Assembly (NCBI GenBank): GCA_036172245.1
Contig: JAYWIR010000001.1
Coordinates: 4,588,001-4,652,000 of the forward strand
Source of the DNA: Raillietiella orientalis
Taxonomy: Eukaryota
Direction: 5' to 3'
Length of the DNA: 64,000 nt
In this document: positions 62,831 through 64,000 of the stretch, in pieces
Position numbering within the stretch: position 1 is the first letter of the stretch
Layout: every line of letters begins with the position of its first letter
Translations under genes and position numbers: made by a program
The notes under the pieces: model-generated
Database searches by the model: none
Told to the model about the DNA's origin: nothing
Seen by the model: the letters and a program-made list of their open reading frames with translations, nothing else

Positions 62831-64000
62831 TTCTAGAGAGGAAGGGGCGTCTCATACCAAAGACCCCCATCCTTACCCTCCCGTCTTTTTTTTATTTATT
62901 TATTGTCCACTCCCTCCGTTCCCTACTTTTTCAGAAGCCAGCCTGCATATCGGTGGTTATCTCGGACGAGCTTTTTTTTTTTTTTTGGAGTTTCTTGTTC
63001 TTCGAGGGGACACCCTTCTTTTCCTCTTCCTTGTAGTTTATGTTTTCGAAATAAACGTCCCAACGTAACCGGGTTCGAATCTCGAGATTTCAGAGCACGA
63101 GGCGGAGTTCCTCAGGAATTCCAAGTTTGCGATCTCTTTTGATAGCTGGGCTGCAAGGTTGCCATGAGAATTCCTATGTGGTGAGCATTTGGGGATGACC
63201 CCAGCGCGAGGCGTTGCACCATCGAAAACGTCCTCCGGAACGAAACAGTGCGGGAAAGTCTCCGAAAGGCGGGAACAATGGAAACAAAACAAACAAGCAA
63301 ACAAACGGAAATAGAACAAGAAAAGGATGATCAGCGAGATCATCCTTTTCTTGTTCCTTAGGCGACAATAAGCTCTCCTCCGTCCAACAAGGCTCGAGAA
63401 CGGGATGGACGAATAGGGGAGAGCTGTTCTGGAGCAAGACTGCCGAACAGGAAGACGCGACACCGCAATGGTTGCTGATCCAAAGTGACTGTAGTTGAAA
63501 ATGACCGCTTTTTTCCCGGCATCTGGTCCTGCATAAAGGAAGACGGGGCTTCCTTTTAAGGATAGGTTGCAGGGTCGTCGAGAACCTGCACCAGCTTTAC
63601 TCTTTGGGCATTATTTGGTCAATTAAAAGGTCAGAAGAATTGGACGCTTAATCGACTTGCCAGGAACTCTTTCTCCCTCACCCGAAGGTGGCATACCTTC
63701 TGAGTAGTGGTAGCTGGAGCAAGGAGTTCGGTACGTTTTCTTTCGATACCGTGGATCCATAGGACTCCTTGCGTGTGAGGTTGCCGAAATATCATCTCAT
63801 CTGAAACTTCAGTTTCTTTTCTCAAGAGGATTTACCTCATCTTGAGGAAGGTGGAGCAAAGGTTTCACCAGTCCCAGGTTCATCTTTTTCGGTAGTCTAC
63901 CAGAAATTATGATGAGATTTGATTGACCAGCACTTCCCGAAGCGCATCCTGATTCGATGGCAGAGGAGTAAATGGTACATTGCATCAAAAAATCCGCATC

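Noticed and set aside
63030-63090. tRNA-like GGGTTCGAATCTCG (and GAGTTCGACACC on the minus strand near 18800)
   Set aside because: No cloverleaf or acceptor stem; at most isolated B-box remnants.
1-64000. CRISPR arrays, operons or other prokaryotic systems
   Set aside because: No regularly spaced repeats; spliceosomal introns, U2 sequences and metazoan genes show the DNA is eukaryotic.

Overview
Eukaryotic (bilaterian, most likely arthropod) genomic DNA, not prokaryotic; most ORFs in the supplied track are spurious or are single exons. An AT-rich core (~11.8-43 kb) carries four intact spliced genes: Claspin (-), eEF1-gamma (-, with a probable intronic H/ACA snoRNA), MED29/intersex (+) and yippee/YPEL5 (-). 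Most of their introns are only 38-53 nt. A C2H2 zinc-finger ORF starts 5 nt after the MED29 stop codon. The GC-richer flanks hold decayed mobile DNA: a ~750-bp tRNA-headed SINE-like family (7 copies or fragments), two related L1/Tx1-type LINE 3' remnants, a probable internally deleted piggyBac, and the 3' end of a Utopia-type (U2-targeting, RLE) retrotransposon still joined to the 3' part of a U2 snRNA gene. The most notable observations are: (1) the MED29-zinc finger junction, which could be bicistronic or give an in-frame spliced fusion; (2) a ~115-bp-arm inverted repeat in MED29 intron 1 whose isolated substitutions all give U-G pairs on the sense strand; (3) a U2 snRNA nt 1-37 fragment in the yippee 3' UTR that ends at the Utopia target site. 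All calls are by eye; no database searches were run.
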